Shown: piece by piece, positions 13,543 through 26,030 of the stretch
How positions within the stretch are numbered: the first letter of the stretch is position 1
How the letters are laid out: each line of letters begins with the position of its first letter
Assembly (NCBI GenBank): GCA_951406725.2
Contig: OX597820.1
Location: 74,710,001 to 74,774,000, forward strand
Reading direction: 5' to 3'
From: Octopus vulgaris
Taxonomy: Eukaryota
DNA: 64,000 bases
The notes under the pieces: model-generated
What the model saw: the letters and a program-made list of their open reading frames with translations, nothing else
Told to the model about the DNA's origin: nothing
Database searches by the model: none
Position numbers and translations under genes: made by a program

Positions 13543-14572
13543 GTTTTGCGTTCTTGTCCCAGTTTGTGATTTTTTACATTTACCTATTATATGGCGGCGC
13601 CCGTACCCCCTTTGATATTGTATGTAAAATACATTTTCTCTTAAATACATGGTACGACTCTATAATACTGTCTCTCTAGGCGGCGAGCTGGCAGACACGT
13701 TAGCGCGCCGAGAGAAATGCTTAACGGTATTTCGTCTGTCGTTACGTTGTGAGTTCAAATTCCGCCGAGGTTGACTTTGCCTTTCATCCCTTCGGGGTCG
13801 ATAAATTAAGTACCAGTTTCGCACTGGGGTCAATGTAATTGACTTAATCCGTTTGTCTGTCCTTGTTTGTCCCCTTTATGTTTAGCCCCTTGTAGGCAGT
13901 AAAGAAATATATAACACTGTCTCTCTCTCTCTCTCTCCCCCTCTCCTACATTTCTCTGCCTTTCACACTTTGCACTCCATTTTGACCAATCTCTTTCTCT
14001 CTCTCTATCCTCCTCCTGCTTTGTTCCTTGTTCCTCTTTTTTTCTCTCTTACTCTGTCCCGCTTTTCTCCCCCTCTTCTCACACGTGACTAACTTTGGAC
14101 TGCTGTCCTGCCTTTTCGTGATCAATGGCCGTATAGGCTAGACACATATTTTTTCTCTGTTCGCCTTCAGGCATTTTTTCAATGCGCCAGCTCAAGTTCA
14201 CCCGTCCTGTCGAAAAGACGCCTGTCTGTAACGTCCTGTTTTTGTTATTATTATTATCATTATTGTTTTTACGTATTTTCGTATTCTTATTCGTGTTATC
14301 ATTATTAATTTTACGTATTCTTGTATTCTTATTCGTTCCCGTCCTTGTTTTGTATACATTCGAGGCTTTCTTCCAAGGAATCTAATGCGCTTGGCTTAGA
14401 TTTTCCTTTGGGACTGGCCAGGTCGGAGGAATCTCAAGTTTAATCAGCCGAAATTGCGAAGATGATCTGGTTCTTGACTGAAGATCGAAGGCTTCGAATG
14501 TCCCGTCCGTTTTTTTGTATCGTCTTCTAAATGTTTTGCGTTCTTGTCCCAGTTTGTGTTTTTTTACATTTA

Positions 14573-14577
<5 letters not shown>
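13539..14577. mobile_element. unclassified ~1-kb element with ~50-bp terminal direct repeats between (TA)n tracts
   Basis: AAATGTTTTGCGTTCTTGTCCCAGTTTGTG(A/T)TTTTTTACATTTACCTAT at 13539 and 14529. Confidence 0.55.
13678..13909 (+). mobile_element. S2 SINE (Nin/Deu-like core) with TSD
   Basis: B box GAGTTCAAATTC; core GCCTTTCATCCCTTCGGGGTCGATAAATTAAGTACC; TSD TATAATACTGTCTCTCT (13661-13677) / TATAACACTGTCTCTCT (13910-13926). Confidence 0.9.
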
Positions 14578-14625
<48 letters not shown>

Positions 14626-14626
14626 G

Positions 14627-14703
<77 letters not shown>

Positions 14704-14752
14704 GTATGTATATATATATACATATATATGTGTATATATATATATATATATC

Positions 14753-14902
14753 GCTGTGTGGTAACTACTTTCCGTACGAACCACATGGTTCCGGGTTCAA
14801 TCCCACTCCGTGGCACCCTGGGCAAGTGTCTTCTTCTATAGCTTTGGGCCGACCAAAGACTTGTGAGTGGATTTGGTTGACGGAAACTGAAAGAAGTCCG
14901 TC

Positions 14903-14955
<53 letters not shown>

Positions 14956-15158
14956 TCCCCGCGTGTGCATGTGTGTCCCCAACAAAACGATTGGCAACCG
15001 ATGCTGGAGTCTTTACGTCCCCGTAACTTAGCAGTTAATCTTTAGGGACAGATAGAGAAAGTACTAGGCTTACAAAGAATAAGTCCTGGGGTCGATTTTC
15101 TCGACTAAAGGCGTAGCTTCAGCATGGCCGCAGTTAAAGTGACTGAAACAAGTAAAAG

Positions 15159-15160
<2 letters not shown>
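14753..15160 (+). mobile_element. S1 SINE, near full length
   Basis: Head, internal (TG)n and GACTGAAACAAGTAAAAGA end. Confidence 0.9.
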
Positions 15161-15216
<56 letters not shown>

Positions 15217-16046
15217 ACGAGCTTTCCGTCTACTACTTTTACTCTTAAGGTCTTGTCGGGCCTGGACTACAGTAAAAAATCCCAAAGTGCAGTTCCGTGG
15301 AATTGAACCCAAAATCATTCGGTTGCAAAGGGACCTTCTTAACCATTAAGTCGTTCCTAGGCCGGTGACAACTATAAAGCAAAAGCAAAATATCAAGTTA
15401 AATTTAAACGCTGTATACAAAATATTTATAGAGAACAACGTATACTATTACGGTGAAGAAGACGTAACTAATAATGACATGCAAAAATGAATGAGAAAAT
15501 TAGAAAAGAGAATCGCGAGAAGAAGTCCAAATAATACTGAAAGCTGAACTCATGCTAAAAATATTATACCATTATATACACAAGCTATCCTGGTTATAAA
15601 CTACAGTTACAATATAATACTTTGGAAGATAAGTGAAGAAGACAAGTAGAAAAATACTCCCAGCATTCCAAAGGTTCCATCTTAAAACTGATATGTATAG
15701 GTTATATCTATGGGGAGGTAGGTCGACTGATTCAAATATGAAGGACTATTGTGTAGTAACTGCAGTATTCTAAAAATACTCAGATGGATACAAAGGCATG
15801 CAGTTAGGTAATTGTATGAAACATTGAAAGGCATTGTTTTTTTATCTTTATTAAAAAAGGAAAATATAAAAAGCAAAATCTATAAGATAATTACAGCGAG
15901 GTTAGAAGTATTTAAATAATGAAACAACGGAAGAAGTAAAGAAAGACATGTTAATATAGTCAAAGGGGATATCTTGATAATACTAAAGGGGATATAGAGG
16001 AAAAGATCTTTGAAAGGTCATCATGGATTATGAGGTATACATACAT

Positions 16047-16077
<31 letters not shown>

Positions 16078-16416
16078 CATATACATATATACATCTATAC
16101 ATACATACATATATATATATACATATGCGTGTATGTGTATACACATATATACATATATATATATGTTAAAAAAAGAAAACATTTTTTTTTACTGGAATGA
16201 GTTAGAAAACATGTTCTAGGAACTAAATTAGATGGTAAACGTTTTTAATTTTCAATCCTTTCGAGAATTTCTCCATAATTAGTGGTTTGAGTTTGCTACT
16301 GCTCTTTCTAGCACAAGGCTTTCCTATTTGGAAGCCTCTTAATGTGTTCCAATGTACTCGATATTTTTATGTGAATATATATATATATATATTTATATCA
16401 ATAGTAAGATAGATGC

Positions 16417-16471
<55 letters not shown>

Positions 16472-16513
16472 TAGCTCATAGATGAAAATTGAATATTCTC
16501 CGTATAGAATATA

Positions 16514-16558
<45 letters not shown>

Positions 16559-16613
16559 GCGTATGAATATATATATATACGCATATATATATATATATAC
16601 ACACACACACTTA

Positions 16614-16674
<61 letters not shown>

Positions 16675-17391
16675 ATATATACATAAATACATACATATGT
16701 ATATATATATATATGTAAACACACATATGTACACACGTATGGATATATCACTATGAATCTATATCAACATCTCGTATATATCTTTCAATGAATAAATCCA
16801 GCAAGCAATTCAATCTCTGTATATTCGCTCCTCCCCTCCCCTTTCACTCTCTCTCTCTCTCTCTCTTTCTCTCTCTGTATCTATATATTGGTATGTGTCT
16901 CATAGAATATGTTACGCACAAACATACTCGCGCGCATAGAACCATTCCAATAATTGGATGCAAGGCTTGCTGAGTAAGTTTCCGTAGAGTGCCATTCTAC
17001 TTAAATCTACATGGAAAATTTTGAGAATATCTTTGAAGTTTTGATTTGTTTATCATTAAGAGTCAAAAAATTAGTTCGCGTTCTTTCTACATACATGACT
17101 GTGTATACACAGACACACAGACACACAAGTGTATATATATGTGTGTGTGAGTGTGTGAATTCGCTAATTTTATATATATGTGATATATATATTTTCATCA
17201 ACAAACACCCGCCCATACTCACACATGCGTGGTTGTATTTTATGAGGTTTCAAATTTACAGTATGTTGACATCAAGTGAGCCGAAACCTGGCGGTCACTT
17301 TCAACGATAGAATGTCAAAACAAATATATATATATATATAGGTGTGTGTGTGTGTGTCTGTGTGTATGTATGTATATAGAAATATATATAT

Positions 17392-17927
17392 AATGATAAA
17401 TCTCAGAGCGAGTTATAAACAGTAACAGCAACACATCGTGACGTATATTTGCCATTTGAATATGGCTAAACCCTAAGGGTGGATGCTACTGTAGTTTGTA
17501 GCCCCAGGTACTATCAGTATTTGTAAAGGGAAGCCATCCTTCCCGTCTTCAACTTATGATACACACGGACTCGAGTTTCAGGGTATTGACCCGTCATCGG
17601 CGTGTGACAATCATAGTTGTCGATGAGAAGTCAGCTCCCTTCACAAATACATATACTTTTTCCAGTATCGATTGACACTGATATTGAAAAAGTGTAATGA
17701 AACAATGATAAATCTCAGAGCGAGTTATAAACAGTAGCAGCAACACATCGTGACGTATATTTGCCAATTGAATATGGCTAACCCCTAAGGGTGGATGCTA
17801 CTGTAGTTGCTACTGATAGGGCACAGAAAGTGTGTCTATAGCCAGCTGGAGGAGGTGTCCTCCTGGGGCTACAAACTACAGTAGCATCCACCCTTAGGGG
17901 TTAGCCATATTCAAATGGCAAATATAC

Positions 17928-17929
<2 letters not shown>
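17392..17929 (-). mobile_element. retrozyme-like hammerhead element R1 (partial tandem + inverted arm)
   Basis: 105-bp direct repeat at 17392/17704 (312-bp period); 68-bp inverted copy 17862-17929 of 17441-17508; internal hammerhead; flanked by (TA)n. Confidence 0.75.
17562..17606 (-). ncRNA. type I hammerhead ribozyme motif (core variant CCGAUGA)
   Basis: CACACG-CCGAUGA-C-GGGU-CAAU-ACCC-U-GAAAC-UCGA-GUC-CGUGUG: 6-bp helix I, helix II, palindromic helix III (ACUCGAGU), GUC triplet. Confidence 0.7.
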
Positions 17930-17985
<56 letters not shown>

Positions 17986-17991
17986 ACACGC

Positions 17992-18408
17992 TTACTCTTT
18001 TACTTGTTTCAGTCATTTGACTGCATCCATGCTGGAGCACCGCCTTTTTTTCGAACAAATTGACACTAGGACTTATTCTTTGTAAGCGTAGTGCTTATTC
18101 CATCGATCTCTATTGCCGGACCGCTATGTTACGCGGACGTAAACACAATAACATCGGTTGTCAAGCGATGGTGGGAAGACGAATACAGACACACAAACAT
18201 ATACAAACGTATACATACATGCACACACGCTCATACGCACACACACACATAAATATTACGGGTTTCTTTCAGTTTCCGTCTGCCAAGGCTTTGGTCGGCC
18301 CGAGGCTATAGTGGAAGATAGCTGCGCAAGGTGCCACGCAGTGGGACTGAACCCGGAGCCATATAGTTGAGAATCAAGCGTCTTACCACACAACTACACT
18401 TACACCTA
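17992..18408 (-). mobile_element. S1 SINE
   Basis: Reverse complement matches other S1 copies. Confidence 0.9.
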
Positions 18409-18973
18409 TATATAAGGGTAGTTATCGATTCACCCATCTATCCATTTGTCCATCCATCCGCGTAACCATCTGTCCGTTCGTCCATCCATCTATGAATTCA
18501 TCCAACTATGTATGTATGTATATATGTACGTATGTATGTATATATGTATCTATCTATCTATCTATCTCTCCGTATATGCATATACAAACACACTCACACA
18601 AACACACTCACAGGCGCGCACACGTACACATATACACACGCACACACAAACACATTCGCATAGACATATACCAGCAAAATGTACGTATCTTTCTTAAAAT
18701 CATTCGTAAGCCCTAATTTATTATGAAACATCTGTTACATCCTGACAGATACGCATATTCTCAGACGCCCACATTGATATATAGATGTATATGCACATAT
18801 ATAAATATATACCTATACATATTTGTATTTTAATATAATCTGGGTTATAACCTTATACTGTGCTTCCCAAAGTTCCTGTCCGAATCTCGGCTACCAAATT
18901 TTACTGGCTATACGAGAAGAGGAATTGAACAGGAACATATCATTATCAGAACGCAAACGCACGCAGACACACA

Positions 18974-19011
<38 letters not shown>

Positions 19012-19234
19012 AACAAACAAACACACAGACACACGCATATAAACACAGACGTACGTGCATACATATACATGTTTTATTTAACTATATTTTTCATCCTATG
19101 GCAGGATAAATGTTTATATACAGTCTTGGCCAAACGTCACTCACCAAAATATTTCACATTTTATTTATCAATTATTATTTCGCCTTTGTGGAAAATAAAC
19201 GAAATCATATTATTATCATTATTATTATTAATAT

Positions 19235-19793
19235 TATCATTGTGTGATAGAACAGTGGATGCAAACAAAGTGACACTGAGATACAGATATACGAAGCCCA
19301 GCATGCCCATCATTACTACCCGTCTGATAAGGGTACATCGGGCACATGCATCACAACCATATGTGCGCGACATAGTTTTCTCATATCAAGATAAACAGCA
19401 CATGATCTTGCAGGTTGGGCCCAGTAACAATTTTCTTCAGGTCGAATAGCCCATCCCGATCAAAAGGTCCCTGAATGAGGGATGTTTAAGGATGATGAAC
19501 AAAATACCCATATTTCCAAAGGCGAATATCCAACCTCCAAATAATTCCTCTCAACACATGGCTATAATGCTCCCCCACTACTTCTGCTCGTGATCAGGGA
19601 CGCACATATCGTTAGCCAATAAGTGACGTGTTCATCTGGTTAAGGTCAAACATCTGACAAGCAAATCTGTGGTATTGAGCAGAATATTTGTTGTAGCCCA
19701 TCTTTTATACGAAGACAAAACAATGTACATAACACTTCCAATCAGTTAAGATGTGAAACCAAGTGAGCCACTGTCTGGTACTGCATCAAGTAG

Positions 19794-19797
<4 letters not shown>
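19235..19797. mobile_element. unclassified ~560-bp insertion bounded by (TAT)n on both sides
   Basis: Higher-complexity block between TATTATCATTATTATTA and a long (ATT)n run; no recognisable protein; single copy in window. Confidence 0.35.
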
Positions 19798-19862
<65 letters not shown>

Positions 19863-20413
19863 TCATGCGCATGTACGCGTGCATTCATCATTATTTTATA
19901 TATTTTATCTAATTAGAAAAAGTGGAAGCGTGTCCCACAATTTCGGGGCGTACTAAACTTATTTCGCCCACCCTATATATTTAATAATCATATTATGCTT
20001 CTTTTTTAAACACAAAAAGGCACATTCTCATCTCAGAAATTAATGGCACATGTTTATGTAGAATCTGACAGGTCTGCTGTATTCTGTTGTTAAAAAGTGT
20101 GACGTCGACGGATGTGGTTATGGCGATGAGGTGGTCCAGATGGTTTTTGAGGTGGTAGTTGAAGGAGAAAGGAATTTTATCTGATTTGAACGTTGATACT
20201 AAAATTAGTAATCAGTTAAATTTAGATTAATGCCTATAACCGCACAAAAATGCTGATAGGCACACAAGATCCACATATGTACATTTTTATAGTATGACTC
20301 TTCCTCCCCATATATATATAAATAAACATATGTATGTATGTATCTATCTATCATCTTTCTCTCTCTCTCTCTCACTCTATTATCTATCTATATATAAGTA
20401 TATATATATATAT

Positions 20414-20527
20414 ATATATATGAAAAAACAAGTCAAAATAGAAAATGCTAAAATAATTTTATAAAGAACATGTTCTTTATAAAATTATTTTAGCATTTTC
20501 TATTTTGACTTGTTTTTTCATATATAT
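20414..20527. repeat. perfect spacer-less palindrome (57-bp arms)
   Basis: Arms are exact reverse complements about the 20470/20471 centre. Confidence 0.95.
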
Positions 20528-21219
20528 CAACTCGTGTGTTCCTTTTCACCCTTATACATATATATATATATATATACTTATTTTGGGTTGCCGCCCCTTT
20601 GGCACTCGAGCCACATTCCTAGCGACCCTCACCACCATCACCACCACCACCACCACTACCACTCATCTCTACAAACGTAGACTACTTTCTACAGCAAATT
20701 CTATTCAACAGTATTTCACAAATAAAACTTAACCTAATTAACCTATTGTTTTTTTTTCTGGTGGGGGTGGGGTACATCCATGGCTCCCTTTTGGCTCCAC
20801 GTTTCTTCAACGCCCCTCTTGATCTTTCCACCACCCAAGGGGGAGGGAGCAGTACCGCCCGCTTTGGGAATCACTGATTTAGTAGGATTAGTCGCAATAG
20901 GACGGGGCCGCGATGCAATCGTTGTAACCTCAGAACCCATCTCTATTACAATATAGTAACAGAAGCGTAACAGTAGGTCATCGATTTTTCATACACTAAC
21001 CCTCATCCCAAAATTTAGCGGTCAGTTTTGCATCTATGGCATTATACTGCAGGTAATGCTTGCCATGTAACGACGAGGCGTACTAGAACCGACCTAGCCA
21101 ACGAGTGCTTATCCCTGTGTTTTAAAATATATTTTAAAATATTGTACCTTGTTTGAATTGTAGTGTGTTATAATGCTTTTAAATTTTATCTGTTCCACGT
21201 TATTATTTCTGTGCTTATA

Positions 21220-21437
21220 AAGGCGGCGATCTGGCAGAATCGTTAGCGCACCGGGCGAAGTACTTAGGAGTATTTCGCCCGTCGCTACATTCTAGGTTCA
21301 AATTCCGCCGATGCCGACTTTGCATTTTGTCCTTTCGGGGTTGATAAATTAAGTACCAGTTGTGAACCGTGGTCTTTCTAATCGACTCGTCTCCTCCACC
21401 CAAATTTCAGGCCTTGTGCTTATAGTAGAAAAGATTA
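21220..21437 (+). mobile_element. S2 SINE
   Basis: AGGCGGCGATCTGGCAGAATCGTTAGC head, Nin-like core, GGCCTTGTGCTTATAGTAGAAAAGATTAT tail. Confidence 0.9.
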
Positions 21438-21874
21438 TCTGTGTGTTTATATAAACATATAGCTTGACTTCAGGTTAATTGTAAAATGTCTTCCACTCTT
21501 TCCAAACGTATTCATATGGTTTTCTGTCCCAACCTACACGCATTTTAAGTCTTCTGTCCAAGGCACATCAAGTTTTATTGTATCTCTTGGTGCCTTTGCG
21601 TCTCATTTGATAATATCCACCATATATGTACTTTACAAACACACAGAGGCATGCACACACAAACACGCACGCACGCTCACTCACAGACACACAGAGCTTT
21701 CTACCATCACACTTAAACATTCGCTATTTATGGACAGATAGTAATGTCTTATGTAAATGGTTTGTTTATGCTAGCGGTATCTTCTGTTATCTTCTTTAAT
21801 AACAACTTGACAATAACCAAATGTTCAAATGTGTTATCATTCAACCATCCTGTTAAAGTTCTTGTCTTCTCTTT

Positions 21875-21907
<33 letters not shown>

Positions 21908-23156
21908 AACACACACACAAACAAACACAAACAATCACACACACATAATGGTTGTATGTCATATCACTGAAACTGCTTTTAGGTCATGATCACAAATAAT
22001 CTAGTTTTTGACATGAAGTTTTACTGTCATACAAATTTCACTTTTTTTTTCATCTGGTGCAATGTACTTCTTTGAAATGAAATCGGAGCAGTGTAACAGT
22101 GTATCTGAAAAGATGGCCTTTGAAACATCAGCGCTATCGGGGTGGAGTGCACACGTTTCTTTTTACTGATTACAGAAATCTGACTGTTTCAACTTGCTCT
22201 CTTCTTACGTCTAATGCTAACAGCAATGTTTCAGGATTGAGTAAAAGCATTTGTATTATCAATCAATTTTACGTCGCTGCTAGGACACTTTTATCTTTGA
22301 ACTGGTGGCGACGGAGACAACTAATATCGTTAGTAAACTGGTGATAGTTTTTATCAATGCCATTGGGGAAAAATTAGTGAATAGAGCGGGCTAAGCGGCC
22401 CCTACGGCTACTGTAGTAAATGAGTGCGCTCCACGTGTGTGGCAAATTTATTTCTCACTGTGGTGCTGAATAGAGAGGAAGATTAAAGACAAGAAATTTT
22501 AGCTGTTTACTCCTAATGTGTCATGTAAAAATGTGTGAAACTAATATGAAATCAACCAATAAATAAAGAAGATTTATTTAACTTAGAAAATCGCATGGAA
22601 AACTCAGTTTGCTACTTAATTCAAAACCTTAACAATTGCCATTTATTCATTTTGAGAGGTGTCAAAACTTTCGTTGCCCTGATGCGACTTTATCACTGAC
22701 ACAATTCCTTTTAGCTGCGATAGAATGATGTCAGTGGTCATGTTACGGAATTGTAACGAACAATGAATGAAATGAGAATATATGAATTTTCTCTGTTTTA
22801 GATGGCTAAAAACCTCTTTTACGGTGAAATAAATTCAGTACTGGTATACTTTCTAAAATCAAGTCCTTTAACCACAAAGAGGAAATTTTGACAAAAAAAT
22901 CCATTTGGATAAATTAAATTACCAGGCAGAGGTTTGTTTTGTTGGTGGCAGGCCTTATAGAGTTGTTTTTGTTGTTAAAATCCAAGGTAGCTCTAATGAA
23001 GCAAGAATTACGATGAAAGGTGATCCATGCATGAAAATCTCATCTCCAAGGTTTACACAATGCTATAGTTTTCTAACATTACTACACACTGGGTATCTTA
23101 GTGTCTCATTAATTTTAAGATATAATTTAAGGATTTAAATAGCCATAATGACTGCG

Positions 23157-23556
23157 TACATTATTTACAATGGACGGATAGGTGTGTTCACCTTGTTTGT
23201 TGTTATTACAACGTTTCGGCTGATGTGTTCAGTATACTGCTCACATTCCTAAGGTATTCCTAAGGTATGTCCATGGACATATAGCGTAGTGGATAAGTGT
23301 GCGGGCTACTAACCTCCGGATCCTAAGTTTAATCCCAGGCAGGGATTGAAAAATAATATCAACAGAAATATAACATCAGCAACATACCTTAGGAAGGAGA
23401 ACAGTATACCCCATTAGTCAAATAAAGGGTTGTGTTCAAAATTCCACTAAAACACCAGATGAAGGCTGGAGAGAACCTCAGTCGAAACAATTGTGATAGC
23501 AACAAACAAGGTGAGGAGACCTATCCGTCCATTGTAAATACTTCTTCATCTCAGAA
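23157..23556 (+). mobile_element. tRNA-headed hammerhead SINE (S5), diverged copy A with inverted arm
   Basis: tRNA-like head 23275-23340; decayed HHR (CAGAUGA..GAAAC) about 23451-23495; exact inverted repeat 23162-23183 / 23519-23540. Confidence 0.75.
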
Positions 23557-24188
23557 ATGTAGAATAGTAATGACTGTGGGTCTTAAAATGTTTTTTATAA
23601 TTTTGTTTTACACAAAGGAGATTAATAAATGGTTTTCTATATTTTTGCTTGTTTATCTTTTGGTCAAGACGGAATGCAATGGCCAAGATCGGTTGCATGG
23701 ATTCGACGATTGACAGGAGAGTGGTAGAAAGGTGACATGAGACTGGGAACATGGTCGAGATACTTACATCCGAGCGGACATCGTTAAAGTTACCCAATGT
23801 TGTACCTAGTAATACTTTACGGAATTACAGACACCACCCAAATAGGCCATCCATGAATTATAACTGGAACAAATCTCGCAAAGATTTTTCGCTTGCGCTT
23901 TTGCAGTACTATTGGTCCATCGTCTTGAAATAATTATTTTTTATCGAGTCTGAAGGGACAAATTGAAAACTTAGCCACAGTAGATGTTGGGCTCGGACTG
24001 CAAAGAACCAGTATAAAAACGCCGAAGTATTCTGTCCGAAGTTCTAACACCGCTGCTAATTTGTCAAGCGTTTCTTAAATTTCCATCCGAAGTGAACCAG
24101 TAATATTTGGTTACATGACCGGCTTGTTACAAAGACAAAGGAGTTCAGAACTACTGACCCAATGCTTAATTCACTATTTAAGTTGATT

Positions 24189-24405
24189 AAGGCAGCGAAC
24201 CGGCAGAAACTTTAGCACACCGGACAAAATGCTAGGCAACATTTCGTCCGCCTTTACGTTTTGAGTTCAAATGCTGCAGATGTCAACTTTGCCATTCGTC
24301 CTTTCGTGGTCGATAAAATAATTACTCTTTGAGCTGTGGGGTCGATGTAATCGACTAGTTCCCCACTCCCAAAATTTCAGGCTTTGTGCGGTAGTGGAAA
24401 GATTA
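24189..24405 (+). mobile_element. S2 SINE
   Basis: Matches other S2 copies. Confidence 0.85.
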
Positions 24406-24530
24406 TTTAAGGTAACAGGATGTAGTTTCTGGTTAATTTTGATGCTAATTCTAGTAATATGTTGTTTCTATCTTTATGAGCAGATCTCCCATCAAAGGTA
24501 TCCCGTCTTTCAGACCCATCAGATCCACAC

Positions 24531-24668
24531 CTTCAGGTCCGTCCTTCAGACCCGTCCTTCAGACCCGTCCTTCAGACCCGTCATTCAGACCCGTCCTTCA
24601 GACCCGTCCTTCAGACCCGTCCTTCAGACCCGTCCTTCAGATCCGTCCTTCAGACCAGTCCTTCAGAC
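24531..24668. repeat. 13-bp minisatellite (CTTCAGACCCGTC)x~10
   Basis: Seen directly. Confidence 0.95.
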
Positions 24669-24689
24669 ACATTTTTTTCTTCAGCTCTA

Positions 24690-24962
24690 GGTTCATAAGA
24701 GCGAATACCCGGTTTCCATGATCTATAGTTGGTCGAAATCACTACATTTCCTGTGTATGGGACTCCGGTCTGTTGTAGGGTTCAAGGAGGTGGGATACGT
24801 GTCTATTACATTAACTCCAGTACTTGACTGGCACTTAAATTTATCGAACCCGAAAGGATGAGAGTTGATCTCGGTGAGATTTGAACTCATAACGTGAAGA
24901 GCCGGAAGACATGCTGCTTAGCATTTTGTCCGGCATGCTAATGTTTCTGCGAGCTCACCGCT
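24690..24962 (-). mobile_element. SINE with S2 head/core and a tail resembling that of the 1145 and 1531 SINEs
   Basis: TTTATCGAACCCGAAAGGATG core and GCGAGCTCACCGC head; tail CATAAG..CCCGGTTTCCATG..GGGACTCCGGTC resembles 1180-1255. Confidence 0.65.
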
Positions 24963-25636
24963 TTATTGTGTATTTAGTCATACATAATCAAATATGTCCT
25001 TCATTACGAAACGCGTTAGAGCGTAGTTTTAAATAACTTTGGATGGTGTTTCTAGCACTTTCGTTTCTTTCGTTATTAGTGCTTCTAACAATTTGATGGG
25101 GGTCTATGGTTATGCAATCCTTCTTTTTCTTTCTAAATGATGAATTAAGTTACAAATGCAAAGCATAGAATTTATTTGTCTGACATATACTAGCACCGAA
25201 AAGAAATATCAGAACACATACTTATCAGAAATTTATCAATGTAAAAAAAAATAAATAAATAAATAAATAAAGCGTAATGCTTTCAGAGCAAAAATTTAAT
25301 CTTAAAAATCATTGAATATAGACGAAATTTGTCATAAAATACATAAGCGATTTTAACTACAAGAAAATGGTCGCCTCGTATTCGAACAAATACAGTCTTC
25401 CTTCTGAAATAGCTAAACAAATTTTTTGAAAGTTGTTATCAGATGATCTGCGCCTAATAATTTAACTTTTTTTTATTGTTTCACTTTTACCAATTTATAA
25501 TAATTTTTCTAAATCCTATACATTTTTCTTTTCTGCTTATCTTTATTATTATTTTTTTACGTAATTTTATGATTTCCAATAAAATGAGTCATCTAACCTC
25601 TACATTGCAATAGCTTACTCTCTCTCTCTCTCTCTA

Positions 25637-26030
25637 ACTCTTTTACTTGTTTCAGTCATTTGACTGTGGCTATGCCGGAGCACCGCCTTTAGTCGAGCAA
25701 ATTGCCCCCAGGGCTTATTCTTTCTAAGCCTAGTATTTATTCTATCAGTCTCTTTTGCTGAACCGCTAAGTTAAGGGGACGTAAACACACACGGATCGGT
25801 TGTTAAGCGATGTTATGGGGGCGATAAACACAGGCACAAAAACACACACACACATATATATACATATATACGACGGGTTTCTTTTAGTTTCCGTCATCCA
25901 AATCCACTCACAAGGCATTGGACGGCCCGAGGCTATAGTAGAAGACACTTGTCCAAGGTGCCATGCAGTGGGATTGAACCCGGAACCATGTGGCTGGTAA
26001 GCAAGCTACTTACCACACAGCTACTCCTAT
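25637..26030 (-). mobile_element. S1 SINE, full length
   Basis: Complete head to tail. Confidence 0.92.

Noticed and set aside
14440-14510. Hammerhead candidate (GAAA at 14450, CTGAAGA at 14478)
   Set aside because: Could not build consistent helices; the downstream GAAT lacks GAAA.
18823-19449. 208-aa ORF
   Set aside because: Crosses (CA)n and (TAT)n tracts and a probable insertion; non-ATG start; no motif.
20800-20877. hAT-like terminus (TTTGGGAATCACTG)
   Set aside because: Only one end found; no matching TIR or 8-bp TSD.
22140-22680. Possible very old mariner/Tc1 3' end on the minus strand
   Set aside because: Only a faint peptide resemblance and no paired TIRs.
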